A DNA stretch of 64,000 bases from contig CAZBGQ010000004.1 in the NCBI GenBank assembly GCA_964491515.1, positions 18,326 through 82,325 of the forward strand. Reading direction: 5' to 3'. Of the stretch, positions 43,486 through 53,489 are shown one piece after another; the first letter of the stretch is position 1; each line of letters starts with the position of its first letter. The stretch is from an uncultured Candidatus Peribacteria bacterium. GTDB lineage: Bacteria > Patescibacteriota > Gracilibacteria > UBA1369 > UBA12473. Both the position numbers and the translations under genes were made by a program. The notes below the pieces were generated by a model. That model saw only the letters and a list, made by a program, of their open reading frames with translations, did not search any database and was not told the DNA's origin.

Positions 43486-44141
43486 AAGCTAAAGCGCCAG
43501 AGAAAAATTTGAAAAAGTAACTTGAGTCCATCCACGACCGTCATGCCTTTGAAGTCATCATGATAGATCGTATCAATATCAATTTGTCTATATTTTAGAT
43601 GATACTTCCCCGTCCGTACAGTCATTTCTGCGTCCGCATGATAACCCTGCGAGCTCCATTTTAGTTTATCGTAGACATCGGAACGAAAGGCTCGATAACC
43701 AGATTGAATATCTTTGATTGTGATGCCAAATAAAACGTGTACCGCAACTTCGAGCGACCGATTGCCTAAGCTACGAACAAAGGGCATTTTGTGGCCGCCC
43801 TTCCGCCCGCCGATAACAATTTGAATGCCCTCATTTTCTATGGGCTTAATAAATCGGGGCATATCCTTGGGAAGATGTTGTCCGTCGCTGTCCATAAAAA
43901 TTATAATGTCAGCCTTGAGCTTGATGGCTGCCTCGGCTCCAGTCTTGAGTGCAGCTGCTTTGCCAAGGTTCACCCGATGACGTAACGCAATAGCACCGGC
44001 TTTTTTAGCAATATTGTGGCTGTCATCACGTGAGCCATCGTCCACCGTGATCACCATGTCGACATAAGCCTTAGCTTCTTGAATTAGTTTCGCTAAATAG
44101 CGAGATTCATTATAAACCGGGAGGACGAGTGCAGTGGTCAT
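43482..44141 (-). CDS. Polyprenyl-phosphate glycosyltransferase (GT2, DPM1/GtrB-like)
   Basis: LVLPVYNESRYL...ITVDDGSRDDS...NLGKAAALKTG...FMDSDGQH. Confidence 0.8.
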   Translation of the reverse strand: MTTALVLPVYNESRYLAKLIQEAKAYVDMVITVDDGSRDDSHNIAKKAGAIALRHRVNLGKAAALKTGAEAAIKLKADIIIFMDSDGQHLPKDMPRFIKPIENEGIQIVIGGRKGGHKMPFVRSLGNRSLEVAVHVLFGITIKDIQSGYRAFRSDVYDKLKWSSQGYHADAEMTVRTGKYHLKYRQIDIDTIYHDDFKGMTVVDGLKLLFQIFLWRFSL

Positions 44142-45079
44142 GCCTTATAAGATTCAAGGGTTTTCCTAAGTCCGTCGATGAGCTTGTGCTGAGGTCTGAA
44201 ATTAAGCAATCGTTGGATTTTACTTACATCTGGGAAACGGTGCTTAATGTCATTGCGAACATCATCCATGAATTCTGGTTTGATAGAATCTTCTTTACCA
44301 GTAAGTTGAATGATGTCTTCGGCCAAATCTAGGATTGTCATAGGACGTCCGGTTCCAACATTGATAACTTCTCCTGCTGTCTTGGGAGACTCCATGGTAA
44401 GAATAGCCGCTTCAATGTTGTCATCAATGAACACAAAATCACGTGTTTGTGTCCCATCTCCAAAAATAGTAGGAGCTTTGCCTTCCAGTATTTGTCGAAT
44501 GAAAATCCCAACCACAAATCCGTAGGCGCTGCTTTCTTGTCCAGGGCCATATACATTGAAGAAACGAAGAGAAGTAGTATCGAGTCCGTGCATTTGGTGA
44601 TAAGCCTCAAGTAGTTTCTCTCCAATAAGTTTAACCACCGCATAGGGAAGTTTGGCATTCACATGGCCATCTTCAACTTCGGGAATTTCTACCGGTTCTC
44701 CGTAGACTTCTGAGCTGGACGCATAAATAACTTTTTTCACATCATTCCGTCGAGAAAGTTCTAATATATTTTGAATTCCTTTTACATCATCTAAAACTGA
44801 GATAGGATCTTCCAATGTGCGTTTTACTCCTACGACCGCCGCATAGTGAAAAACAGTATCAATAGGATGGGCTTCAAACACAGCTTCTAACTGCTCCATC
44901 TTATTGCAGTTTCCTTCTACGAAAGCAATTTGGTCGGCGACATCTTTGAGATTATTTAAATTACCTGTGCTCAAGTCATCAAAACAAATAACCTCATGGC
45001 CGTCTTTTAATAGACGACGACAAAGGTGGCTTCCGATGAAACCCGCACCTCCAGTGACAAGAACGACTCTTTTATTCAT
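44138..45079 (-). CDS. NAD-dependent nucleotide-sugar epimerase (GalE-like SDR)
   Basis: VTGGAGFIGSH, SSSEVYG, YAVVKLIGEKL, and FFNVYGPGQ...GDGTQTRDFVFIDD. Start at MNKRVVLVTGG (45079), 7 nt after the upstream gene end. Confidence 0.8.
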   Translation of the reverse strand: MNKRVVLVTGGAGFIGSHLCRRLLKDGHEVICFDDLSTGNLNNLKDVADQIAFVEGNCNKMEQLEAVFEAHPIDTVFHYAAVVGVKRTLEDPISVLDDVKGIQNILELSRRNDVKKVIYASSSEVYGEPVEIPEVEDGHVNAKLPYAVVKLIGEKLLEAYHQMHGLDTTSLRFFNVYGPGQESSAYGFVVGIFIRQILEGKAPTIFGDGTQTRDFVFIDDNIEAAILTMESPKTAGEVINVGTGRPMTILDLAEDIIQLTGKEDSIKPEFMDDVRNDIKHRFPDVSKIQRLLNFRPQHKLIDGLRKTLESYKA

Positions 45080-45086
45080 GGCGACA

Positions 45087-46253
45087 TCATTGCACAACTT
45101 CATGGAAGAGATCAACGTAAGATCGAAGGATTGTGTGCCATGAGAAATCAGTATCCACCCGTTTGCGTGCAGCATTCCCTAGTTGATCGCATAAATCGCC
45201 ATTCTCCAAAAGACGGTGGAGATATCCCTCCATATCCTGTTTTTGATCAGGTTGGAAAATAAGACCACTTTTTTCATGGGAAATGATTTCAATCGTGCCT
45301 CCTACATCGCTGGCCACAATAGGAAGTCCAGCGGCTGCCGCTTCGAGAATGGAACGTGGTAATCCTTCTGAATGAGAAGGATTGATGAAGAAATCTGACA
45401 ATTGCATGCATTCAATAACTTCAGGCCCGGAGAGCAGTCCTAAGAAACGTACATGCTTGCTAAGTCCGGCTTGCTTGATTTCCGATTCTAGGGTCTCGCG
45501 ATAAACACCTTCGCCTACAATTCCAAGAACTAGATTTGGCTCTTTTTTAATCAATCCCGGCAAATAGGGAAGTACATCTTGAACTCCCTTGGCAAAAACC
45601 AGCCGACCTACAAATAGAAGAATTTTGTCGCTAGAGGAAAAACCCCATTTTTTACGGCGAGAAATCCGCCCTGAGGCAGAAAGCGTTGGAGGAAGGGCTA
45701 CACCATTAGGGATAAAACGAACATTTCGTCCATGTAGATGCTTGATAAATTCACATGCGGCCTGGGACACTCCCACATTTCGTTTAGCTCGACGCACCAC
45801 AAACCATCCCATTGTATGATCAATGAAGCGACTGGCAAGATCTACAAAGCGACTTTGCACTACACTGTGGTAGGCGCCTCGTTCGGTATGGACTAGCGGC
45901 TTGAATCGAACTGTTGCATAGAGAGCGCCCAAAAGAGAGGTTACAAAAAAGCGTGTTTGTGTACTGACCACGTCTACCTTGAGCCGCATAAGTTTGAACA
46001 ACATCCAAAGTGCTTTGGGAGTTGGTGCTACAACAGGATAAGTTCCGCCCAAAAGGTGCCAACCCGGAAGTCTTGTTACATGAACACCGTCGATGATCTC
46101 ATCGGAAGGAGCTTTGGAAACATTATTGGTCACAATCCGTACTGTATGGCCCTCTTTTACCAGTGACTTAGATAGACCATGGAGGCTTTCAACATATCCC
46201 CCACGGTAAGGTAGGTAGTATCCGGCAAAAATAAGAATGGAGAGGGGTTTCAT
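45087..46253 (-). CDS. GT-B (family 4) glycosyltransferase
   Basis: NPSHSEGLPRSILEAAAAGLPIVASDVGG. The start ATG overlaps the ahcY stop by 1 nt (TAATG). Confidence 0.85.
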   Translation of the reverse strand: MKPLSILIFAGYYLPYRGGYVESLHGLSKSLVKEGHTVRIVTNNVSKAPSDEIIDGVHVTRLPGWHLLGGTYPVVAPTPKALWMLFKLMRLKVDVVSTQTRFFVTSLLGALYATVRFKPLVHTERGAYHSVVQSRFVDLASRFIDHTMGWFVVRRAKRNVGVSQAACEFIKHLHGRNVRFIPNGVALPPTLSASGRISRRKKWGFSSSDKILLFVGRLVFAKGVQDVLPYLPGLIKKEPNLVLGIVGEGVYRETLESEIKQAGLSKHVRFLGLLSGPEVIECMQLSDFFINPSHSEGLPRSILEAAAAGLPIVASDVGGTIEIISHEKSGLIFQPDQKQDMEGYLHRLLENGDLCDQLGNAARKRVDTDFSWHTILRSYVDLFHEVVQ

Positions 46254-47557
46254 TAGTAGCGATAATGATCCGGCTTATATGGCCCGTCAACCGGGATTCC
46301 TAAGTAGTCTGCTTGTTCTTGGGAGAGTTTCTCGAGGCGAACTCCAATTTTTTCAAGATGGAGTCGTGCTACTTCTTCGTCTAATTTTTTAGGTAAAACA
46401 AACACGCCAACTTCATAGTCGTCCGGCTTGGTGAAAAGTTCGATTTGAGCCAAAACTTGATTGGTGAAAGAGTTACTCATAACAAAGGAAGGATGACCGG
46501 TGGCACATCCAAGATTGACCAAACGGCCTTGAGCTAAGAGTACAATTTCTTTCCCATCAGGGAATACATATTGATCGACTTGAGGTTTGATATTGATCAG
46601 TTTCATTCGTCCAGTTTCGGCTTCGGTATTGAGCCAATTTACATCGATTTCAAGGTCAAAGTGTCCAATGTTGCACACGATGGCTTGATCCGGCATAGAT
46701 TGAAAGTGCTCTGCTCTGATGATGTCACGACAACCGGTTGTGGTCACAAAAATATTACCTTCTTTAGCGGCATCATCCATGGGCATGACTTCAAATCCTT
46801 CCATGGCTGCTTGTAGGGCAATGATGGGATCGATTTCAGTAATAATGACACGAGCACCAAATCCGCGCATAGAGTGAGCACATCCTTTCCCAACGTCTCC
46901 ATAGCCAGCTACCACTACCACCTTTCCAGCAATCATGACGTCGGTGGCACGCTTGAGCCCATCAGCTAACGATTCTCGGCATCCATACAAATTGTCGAAC
47001 TTACTTTTTGTTACCGAGTCATTGATGTTGATGGCAGGAACTTTGAGCTCACCTTTTTCCATCATTTGGTAAAGGCGATGAACACCTGTTGTGGTTTCTT
47101 CAGTGATGCCTTTTACATCTTTGAGAAGTTCTGGGTATTTTTCATGCATCATGACAGTGAGGTCTCCCCCGTCGTCGAGGATCATGTTGGGAACCCATCC
47201 ATCCGGTCCTTTAATCGTTTGTTCGACACACCAGTTATACTCTTCTTCAGTTTCTCCTTTCCATGCAAAGACAGGAACTCCAATCACCGCAATCGCTGCA
47301 GCTGCGTGATCTTGTGTGGAGTAAATATTACAGCTAGACCAACGAACTTCCGCGCCTAATGCGGTCAAGGTTTCAATCAAAACGGCGGTCTGGATAGTCA
47401 TGTGGATACATCCAGCAATACGGGCTCCAGTTAAGGGCTTCGAATCGCCATAGCGTTCACGTAATGCCATGAGCCCCGGCATTTCTTTTTCAGCAATAGA
47501 AATTTCTTTGCGGCCGAATTCAGCCAAGGCAATGTCAGCAACTTTATAATCAGTCAT
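46253..47557 (-). CDS. ahcY: S-adenosyl-L-homocysteine hydrolase
   Basis: [37 protein letters not shown]..., and the [13 protein letters not shown] motif. Start taken at M16 of the ORF-track product. Confidence 0.95.
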   Translation of the reverse strand: MTDYKVADIALAEFGRKEISIAEKEMPGLMALRERYGDSKPLTGARIAGCIHMTIQTAVLIETLTALGAEVRWSSCNIYSTQDHAAAAIAVIGVPVFAWKGETEEEYNWCVEQTIKGPDGWVPNMILDDGGDLTVMMHEKYPELLKDVKGITEETTTGVHRLYQMMEKGELKVPAININDSVTKSKFDNLYGCRESLADGLKRATDVMIAGKVVVVAGYGDVGKGCAHSMRGFGARVIITEIDPIIALQAAMEGFEVMPMDDAAKEGNIFVTTTGCRDIIRAEHFQSMPDQAIVCNIGHFDLEIDVNWLNTEAETGRMKLINIKPQVDQYVFPDGKEIVLLAQGRLVNLGCATGHPSFVMSNSFTNQVLAQIELFTKPDDYEVGVFVLPKKLDEEVARLHLEKIGVRLEKLSQEQADYLGIPVDGPYKPDHYRY

Positions 47558-47689
47558 TTTTAGGAGGATTAATTTAGGAATAAAGTGCGGATAAAATAAC
47601 ACAGATTATGGGTTGGAGCTACGTGGAATGTATTTGACATTGGCGCCTCCTGTGATAGGTTTTGTTACTAAATATATGCACTTATCGAA

Positions 47690-48370
47690 ATGCAGCCCCC
47701 ACCACTCAGCACGGAAGGATCGTTAGAACGAGCAGACGATGACTTGTTGATGCTTGCAGGTGAAAGTTACGAAGAATTATTACGAATGCGCATTCGTGCA
47801 GAAACTTTACTCAAAGATGAAAGGTTGATACCCACAAGCATTGCTAATATTCGTGCTTATTTTAGGCGATTGGCTTTGGGAGTTGAGTTCATGAGAAAGC
47901 AGGTAGGGGCGGCTAATATCCCCCGAAATTTTGTTGTATGGGGTGTCACGCCAGGGTTGAGTAGCCCCGTGAATCCTGAAATACCACAATTTTTACCAAG
48001 TTCTACTTATGACACGTTGGGAATTAGTCCCGCTGTATTGGTTAAATGTAATGTCGATTTTTATGCGCACGGGAATCATCCGAGGAGAATGCGAGCACAA
48101 TCAATGACAATCCCCGATCGGCTATGTTTAGCTTATGAATATAGAAGTTATTTGCCAGTGCAACAGGTTATGGATGAGTGTCATAGACTAGCTTTACATC
48201 GAGGGGCTACATTGCCTTCCCCTGAGAGCTTAAAAGCTAGTCTTGTCCAAGAATGGGGACTACATGGCTACGTTTTTAGAGGGAAAATAGGAGAGTCAGG
48301 AGGATTAGAGAAAGTTGAGCTCAATCCCGATGAATTCGCAGCTCATTATTTAAGAGATGAGATAAATTAA
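47690..48370 (+). CDS. Hypothetical protein, 226 aa, no recognisable domain
   Basis: Clean ORF between the divergent ahcY and the convergent metK. Arg-rich, soluble, no TM helix. I recognise no motif. Confidence 0.55.
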   Translation: MQPPPLSTEGSLERADDDLLMLAGESYEELLRMRIRAETLLKDERLIPTSIANIRAYFRRLALGVEFMRKQVGAANIPRNFVVWGVTPGLSSPVNPEIPQFLPSSTYDTLGISPAVLVKCNVDFYAHGNHPRRMRAQSMTIPDRLCLAYEYRSYLPVQQVMDECHRLALHRGATLPSPESLKASLVQEWGLHGYVFRGKIGESGGLEKVELNPDEFAAHYLRDEIN

Positions 48371-48391
48371 AAGACCCGTTAAGGGCCTTTT
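48369..48391. terminator. Possible bidirectional terminator hairpin between the hypothetical gene and metK
   Basis: AAAAGACCC-GTTAA-GGGCCTTTT, an imperfect stem flanked by A and T runs on both sides. Confidence 0.4.
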
Positions 48392-48413
48392 AATAGTGAT
48401 GATTTATTTATAC

Positions 48414-49556
48414 TTACGCGAGGCCTGCTGCTTTATTCAAAGCGTCCGCTTTATCAGTTCGTTCCCAAGAGAATGTATCTTCCTCTCGTCCGAAGTGTCC
48501 ATAGGCGGCGGTTTTTTTGTAGATAGGTCGGCGAAGGTCAAGCGTTTTAATGATGCCTTTGGGTGTGAGATCGAAATGGTCACGAACCAAAGTTTCAAGG
48601 GCGGTGTCTTCTATTTTTCCGGTGCCAAACGTATCGACATGAATGGAAACCGGTTCTACCACTCCAATGGCATAGGCAAGCTGAACTTCACATTTGTCAG
48701 CCAATCCTGCAGCCACAATGTTCTTGGCCACATAACGAGCCGCGTAGGCACCAGACCGATCGACCTTAGAAGGGTCTTTCCCGGAGAAACAACCACCACC
48801 ATGTCTTCCCATCCCACCATATGTGTCGACAATGATTTTTCGTCCAGTCAGACCACAATCCCCAGGAGGCCCCCCAATGATGAATTGTCCAGTCGGATTG
48901 ATGTGATAAATGGTGTCATCGTTTAGGTAGTCGCCACAAATAGGTTTGATCACTTGCTCGATCATGTCTTGGCGAATTTGATCCTGATCCGCTTCGGGCC
49001 CATGTTGAGTCGAAATAACCACGGTGTGAACGCGTTTTGGTTTTCCGTCTTCGTATTCCACTGTGACCTGACTTTTACCGTCGGGACGCAAATAGGGAAC
49101 GGTGCCGTCTTTTCGCACGTCAGCCAAACGTTTGACCAATTTGTGAGACAAGCTAATAGGAAGTGGCATGAGCTCAGGCGTTTCGTTGATGGCAAAACCG
49201 AACATCATTCCTTGATCTCCCGCGCCTTCACGATCCACACCCATGGCAATGTCGGGGCTTTGTTCGTCAATGGCGGTGAGAACGGAACAGGCTTTGTGGT
49301 CAAATCCATACGTTCCATCGTTGTAACCAATTTTTTCGATGGTGCCTCTGACCAATTTAGGGATATCCACATAGGCACTTGTGGTGATTTCTCCGGAGAC
49401 AAGCACAAGTCCCGTGGTGATCATAGTTTCGCACGCAACACGTGCCTTGGGATCTTGTTCGAAAATCGCATCTAAAATGGAATCAGAAATTTGATCTGCC
49501 ATTTTATCAGGATGACCTTCGGTCACTGATTCAGAGGTAAAAAGTTGTGTGGACAT
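48414..49556 (-). CDS. metK: S-adenosylmethionine synthetase
   Basis: [33 protein letters not shown], and [16 protein letters not shown]. Confidence 0.95.
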   Translation of the reverse strand: MSTQLFTSESVTEGHPDKMADQISDSILDAIFEQDPKARVACETMITTGLVLVSGEITTSAYVDIPKLVRGTIEKIGYNDGTYGFDHKACSVLTAIDEQSPDIAMGVDREGAGDQGMMFGFAINETPELMPLPISLSHKLVKRLADVRKDGTVPYLRPDGKSQVTVEYEDGKPKRVHTVVISTQHGPEADQDQIRQDMIEQVIKPICGDYLNDDTIYHINPTGQFIIGGPPGDCGLTGRKIIVDTYGGMGRHGGGCFSGKDPSKVDRSGAYAARYVAKNIVAAGLADKCEVQLAYAIGVVEPVSIHVDTFGTGKIEDTALETLVRDHFDLTPKGIIKTLDLRRPIYKKTAAYGHFGREEDTFSWERTDKADALNKAAGLA

Positions 49557-49572
49557 AAGTAGAAAAGTAAGA

Positions 49573-49713
49573 AAATAAAAAAAATCTTTCCGAGGAAAGA
49601 TTAAGGTTTTAGATTATCTTTCCCCTTTCGGGGCGGAATGAGCACCTTGCACCCGTTAGGGGCTGGTTGCTGTGGAATCATAGGGCCGTATCCCTCCTCC
49701 ACTCTTGATAATG
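49573..49713 (-). promoter_or_regulatory. SAM-I (S-box) riboswitch with intrinsic terminator in the metK leader
   Basis: The minus strand reads TTATCAAGAGTGGAGGAGGGATACGGCCCTATGATTCCACAGCAACC...GGTGCTCATTCCGCCCCGAAAGGGGAAAGATAA. The P1 arms TTATC/GATAA, the GGAGGGA..GGCCC.ATGA core and the GCAACC/GGTGC junction motifs all match the S-box consensus. A hairpin ATCTTTC-CGAG-GAAAGAT plus a T8 run follows (49573-49601). Confidence 0.9.
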
Positions 49714-49924
49714 TCGAATTGTGAAAAGACTAAGTCGATGATACGGGGATAAAAAAACAAGGTCAAGTTCTATTTTTCAGATAAAGTCCTAACATAAAAC
49801 GCCTCTAAGGAGGGACGTGATAAAAAGAAAAGAATTGTGACTTTATCAGATACCTTGGTAGAATTCTGTCACAAGAATCTAAATCTCACAGAGTATTAAA
49901 AAGCGCATCAAATACGATAAATGG

Positions 49925-51283
49925 ATGGGGGTAATTATTTTAATAGCCTTATTGAAGGGTTTGGTGTGGACCTCTGTTTTTCCATTATTTCAATCCCCTG
50001 ATGAAGAGGCTCATTTTTCCTATGTTCAATATTGGGTAGAGAATGGGGAAAGTCCTTGGTTAAGATTAAAAGAAAAAGAGAGGGAACTATCTCAAGGATT
50101 TGAAAATACCCTGAAGTATTTGGAGTTTCGTGAAGTAAGGTTTAACCAGCTTTATCATCAATCATTCCTGGATAATTCAATGGACGGGAATAATGAGTCG
50201 ATGCTTGTTGGAAATCACTGGGATTCTCGGCCCACTCATTATTATCAGGGATATAGTTACCCTCCTTTGCCGCATCTGTTAAATATTCCCGCTTACCTTT
50301 TATTTCAGGGGAGCATTTTGAGTCAGGCAATGGCTATGAGAATAACCTCCGTGTTGTTATCGATAATAACGATGGTGTTGTTTTACATTGGGGCTAAGGA
50401 AGTATTTAAAGATAAAAAATTGGCTATTGGGACAACCTTGCTGATTTTGTTTCACCCAATGTTTTCATATCTTTCTGCCGTTATTAATAATGATGTTTTA
50501 TTGAATTTGGCGTACGCAGGGTTTTTTATGACAGCTATTAAACTCCTTAAAAAGAAGTCACAGCTTACTTTGAAAGAATCGGGGAAATTATTTTTATGGG
50601 TTGCATTAGGAATTGCTTCAAAAACACAAGGGTATGCTTTACTTGGTTTATTCGGAATTTTTCTTTTGATGAAAATTAAGATCCCGATTAGGAATCGACT
50701 CAAAAAATATGTATCAGCAATGGTCGGAGGAATATTGCTTGTATTGATGGGGGTCCGTTTTTTTGCGAAAAATAAGATGGAGCTCTATAGGGATTTCCTT
50801 GGGAATCATTCTCTGGGCGATATTATAACTAGCATCGGTTTGTATTTCAGGGCGATATTTGAAAGTTTTTGGGGAAATTTTGGATGGATGGATACCTTGA
50901 TTCCAAGGAGTATATTTGCAGTGATTTCCTTAATCATCATTTTGAGTCTATTCGGATTCCTTTATTATTTATGGAAAAACCGAAAGGCACTGGATGAAAC
51001 CGTAGTATTCTTGGCCCTTTGTAGTGTGACAATAACTACTCTCTATCTTTTGTATTATCTAGATGGCTACCTCACGACAGAAATTTTAAGAAATGGGCGA
51101 GCCACACAAGGAAGGTATTATTTCATTATTATCTTCCCGTTGTTTGTTTTAGGGGTTAAGGGCTTAGTAAGTTTTGTAAAAAAAGAGACAAGACCGGTAT
51201 TAATGTTTGGTTTATGTATGCTCATGATTTTAGCTCATTTTATGGTTTTATTTAGTGTCATCATCCCTCGTTACTATGTCTAA
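49925..51283 (+). CDS. DUF2142 / GT-C-like polytopic membrane protein (putative glycosyltransferase)
   Basis: N-terminal VFPLFQSPDEEAHFSYV (PDE..H loop-1 motif). About 10 TM helices. Confidence 0.65.
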   Translation: MGVIILIALLKGLVWTSVFPLFQSPDEEAHFSYVQYWVENGESPWLRLKEKERELSQGFENTLKYLEFREVRFNQLYHQSFLDNSMDGNNESMLVGNHWDSRPTHYYQGYSYPPLPHLLNIPAYLLFQGSILSQAMAMRITSVLLSIITMVLFYIGAKEVFKDKKLAIGTTLLILFHPMFSYLSAVINNDVLLNLAYAGFFMTAIKLLKKKSQLTLKESGKLFLWVALGIASKTQGYALLGLFGIFLLMKIKIPIRNRLKKYVSAMVGGILLVLMGVRFFAKNKMELYRDFLGNHSLGDIITSIGLYFRAIFESFWGNFGWMDTLIPRSIFAVISLIIILSLFGFLYYLWKNRKALDETVVFLALCSVTITTLYLLYYLDGYLTTEILRNGRATQGRYYFIIIFPLFVLGVKGLVSFVKKETRPVLMFGLCMLMILAHFMVLFSVIIPRYYV

Positions 51284-51959
51284 GTTTCAAAAAAATAGTG
51301 TGATTATCCTGAGCGTGAGCATCTTAGCCTTAACGATTCTGGGGTTATGGGGGAGTAAGGATTTTTTATACAGTAATGGTCTCCCTATGGAGCATCGAAG
51401 CGTTGTACTAAACCAGGGCCAAACCATAGGACAAGTATTTAAAGCGACATCGAATAATTTGAAGAAAGTAGAGGTTTTGATGGAGTCTGTTGCTGCGAAG
51501 ACAAAAGGAAGCTTTACCGTGGAAGATCTGGAAGGAACAACGATTAGGGAGGGTCATTTTGTAGTTGGGAAAAATCAAAATATTATAAAATTTGAGTTTG
51601 AACCCATTGGGGAATCTGACAATGAACTATTTTATATACATTCTAAGATAGACCCGCAATATTCAGGAGCAATACGATTTTTTGTGGCGAGTGAGCCGAT
51701 GGAAGGTCATATAAAGAATAATCATAAGGAGGAAGAGGGTGATTTGGTGATGCGCTTAGGATATAAGCTAGACTTATCTTCCGGTGAATTTTTATCAATT
51801 CTTAGCCAGCGAATGAGTCAGTATAAGCCGGCATGGGTAAAAGCTCCTTATCTTTATGTTTACTGGATATCATTTATAATGAGTGTTGTATGGGTGATAG
51901 TGCTTATGGCTGAAGAGTTCTTAGGGCTTAAATCATCTAATCCATCCTTGAAAAAATAA
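51276..51959 (+). CDS. Bitopic membrane protein of unknown function (N- and C-terminal TM helices, ~150-aa ectodomain)
   Basis: The ATG at 51276 overlaps the upstream stop by 8 nt. The ectodomain LNQGQTIGQVFKATSNNLKKVEVLM...FEFEPIGESDNELFYI resembles accessory domains often fused to GT-C enzymes. This is my recollection, not a search result. Confidence 0.55.
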   Translation: MSKFQKNSVIILSVSILALTILGLWGSKDFLYSNGLPMEHRSVVLNQGQTIGQVFKATSNNLKKVEVLMESVAAKTKGSFTVEDLEGTTIREGHFVVGKNQNIIKFEFEPIGESDNELFYIHSKIDPQYSGAIRFFVASEPMEGHIKNNHKEEEGDLVMRLGYKLDLSSGEFLSILSQRMSQYKPAWVKAPYLYVYWISFIMSVVWVIVLMAEEFLGLKSSNPSLKK

Positions 51960-51963
51960 GTAC

Positions 51964-52410
51964 ATGAAACCTTTCATTGAATTAGATCCTCAGAAAATCC
52001 AAGGCTATTTTATATTTCTTGATATTGATGGAACCTTGACTCACGATAAATTGTCCTCTGTGGAGGAAGGCATCATTAAGCAAATTTCGGAACTTAAGAA
52101 GCACAACGACATTGTGCTTTGTTCCAATAGGAATGACCATAACCGTAATGGACAGGTGGCTGGATTGACGAAGGTTCCGTACCTTCACACTAATTTAAGA
52201 AAGCCAAGCAAACGAATTCTTCAGCTTATCAAAAATCAGGATAAAAAACCTCTCATGGTGATTGGCGATAAATTTCTCACTGATGGTCTGTTTGCTAGAG
52301 GTATTAAGGCTAAATTCATTAAGGTTAAGCGATTGACTTCTCATAGGGATGGGCTTTTGACTCAGTTGGTCTATGGATTAGACAATCTCGCATTTAAACT
52401 GTTTACATGA
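51964..52410 (+). CDS. HAD-IIIA (YqeG-like) phosphatase
   Basis: FLDIDGTLTHD (motif I), LCSNRN (motif II), and K...VIGDKFLTDG (motifs III/IV). 148 aa. Confidence 0.65.
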   Translation: MKPFIELDPQKIQGYFIFLDIDGTLTHDKLSSVEEGIIKQISELKKHNDIVLCSNRNDHNRNGQVAGLTKVPYLHTNLRKPSKRILQLIKNQDKKPLMVIGDKFLTDGLFARGIKAKFIKVKRLTSHRDGLLTQLVYGLDNLAFKLFT

Positions 52411-53462
52411 CATCTGTAAAACCGGTGCTTTCGATTATTCTCATTGGCTACAATAGTAAAAAATTCCTCAAGTATTGCTTGGGTGGCGTTATGGCACAAA
52501 CTGCCCAAAATATTGAAACGATTTTTATCGACAACGATTCGCACGATGATTCTGTCGCATTTGTGAAGAAAAAGTATCCCCGTGTTAAGGTCATTGCTAA
52601 CAAAGAGAATACTGGTTATGTGGGGGCTGCCAATCAAGGAATCAAGCTGAGTCATGCAAAGTATGTGATGATTCTGAATCCGGATCTCATCATGACTAAA
52701 GATTATTTGAAGCACGCGATTGCTCGCATGGAAAAAGACAAAAAGATAGGTGTTATCACGGGGAAAGTGCTCAAATATGACTTCGAAAAAGATCAGCCTA
52801 CAGATAAAGTCGACACCACCGGTCTCTATTGTTATCGAAATCGTCGTGTGATTGATCGAGGGCAAGGGCTCAAAGACGAAGGTCAGTACGATAAACCAGA
52901 AGAAGTGTTTGGCGTGTCAGGAGCGGTTCCTATCTATCGACGGGAGGCTTTGGAGGATACGAAATTACCTACATTTAGAAAGGGGGGGCCACTTGAGGAT
53001 CTTTATGAATATTTGGATGAAGATTTCTTCATGTACAAGGAAGACATAGATTTGTCATGGAGACTTCGCTTGAGGGGATGGAAATGTTTTTATGACCCTG
53101 CAGCACTCGCTCATCACGGCCGCGGAACCGGTGTTCTTAAAAGGTTTACCCATTGGGAAGTATATAAAGGTCGAAAAGGTCTGAGCCGATTTGCTAAGTT
53201 TTACGCTTACAAAAATCAAAGGCTCATGCAGATAAAAAACGAACAGTGGTCCAACGTGCTTAGAGATATTTTTTCTATCGCGATGAAGGAAATTCTCATT
53301 TCAGGGTATATACTGATTCGGGAACCTCATTTAATAAAAGCTCAGTGGGCTTTTATTCGGCAGCTTCCACGCGCATTGAAAAAGCGTCGACTCATTCAGC
53401 ATCGCGCCAAAGTGTCAGCAAAAAAGATGCATAAATGGATTGATGGCAGCGCAAGAGCATAA
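52407..53462 (+). CDS. Family 2 glycosyltransferase (WbbL/RfbF-like rhamnosyltransferase type)
   Basis: LSIILIGYNSKKFL...IFIDNDSHDDS...NTGYVGAANQG...NPD...YKEDIDLSWRLRLRGW. Confidence 0.85.
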   Translation: MTSVKPVLSIILIGYNSKKFLKYCLGGVMAQTAQNIETIFIDNDSHDDSVAFVKKKYPRVKVIANKENTGYVGAANQGIKLSHAKYVMILNPDLIMTKDYLKHAIARMEKDKKIGVITGKVLKYDFEKDQPTDKVDTTGLYCYRNRRVIDRGQGLKDEGQYDKPEEVFGVSGAVPIYRREALEDTKLPTFRKGGPLEDLYEYLDEDFFMYKEDIDLSWRLRLRGWKCFYDPAALAHHGRGTGVLKRFTHWEVYKGRKGLSRFAKFYAYKNQRLMQIKNEQWSNVLRDIFSIAMKEILISGYILIREPHLIKAQWAFIRQLPRALKKRRLIQHRAKVSAKKMHKWIDGSARA

Positions 53463-53489
53463 ATCTATCCTCCCGACACCCAGTTGCTT

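Noticed and set aside
47634-47661. Sigma70 promoter call for the 226-aa hypothetical gene (TTGACA at 47634-47639)
   Set aside because: The -35 is perfect, but the best -10 candidates at 16-17 nt (TAGGTT, or GATAGG with an upstream TG) are poor. It is mentioned in the finding but not annotated as a feature.
48396-49475. Two long plus-strand ORFs (176 and 173 aa) antisense to metK
   Set aside because: They lie fully inside the unmistakable metK coding region. Their products are low-complexity and Arg/Gly/Phe-rich, typical of antisense frames of a GC-richer gene.
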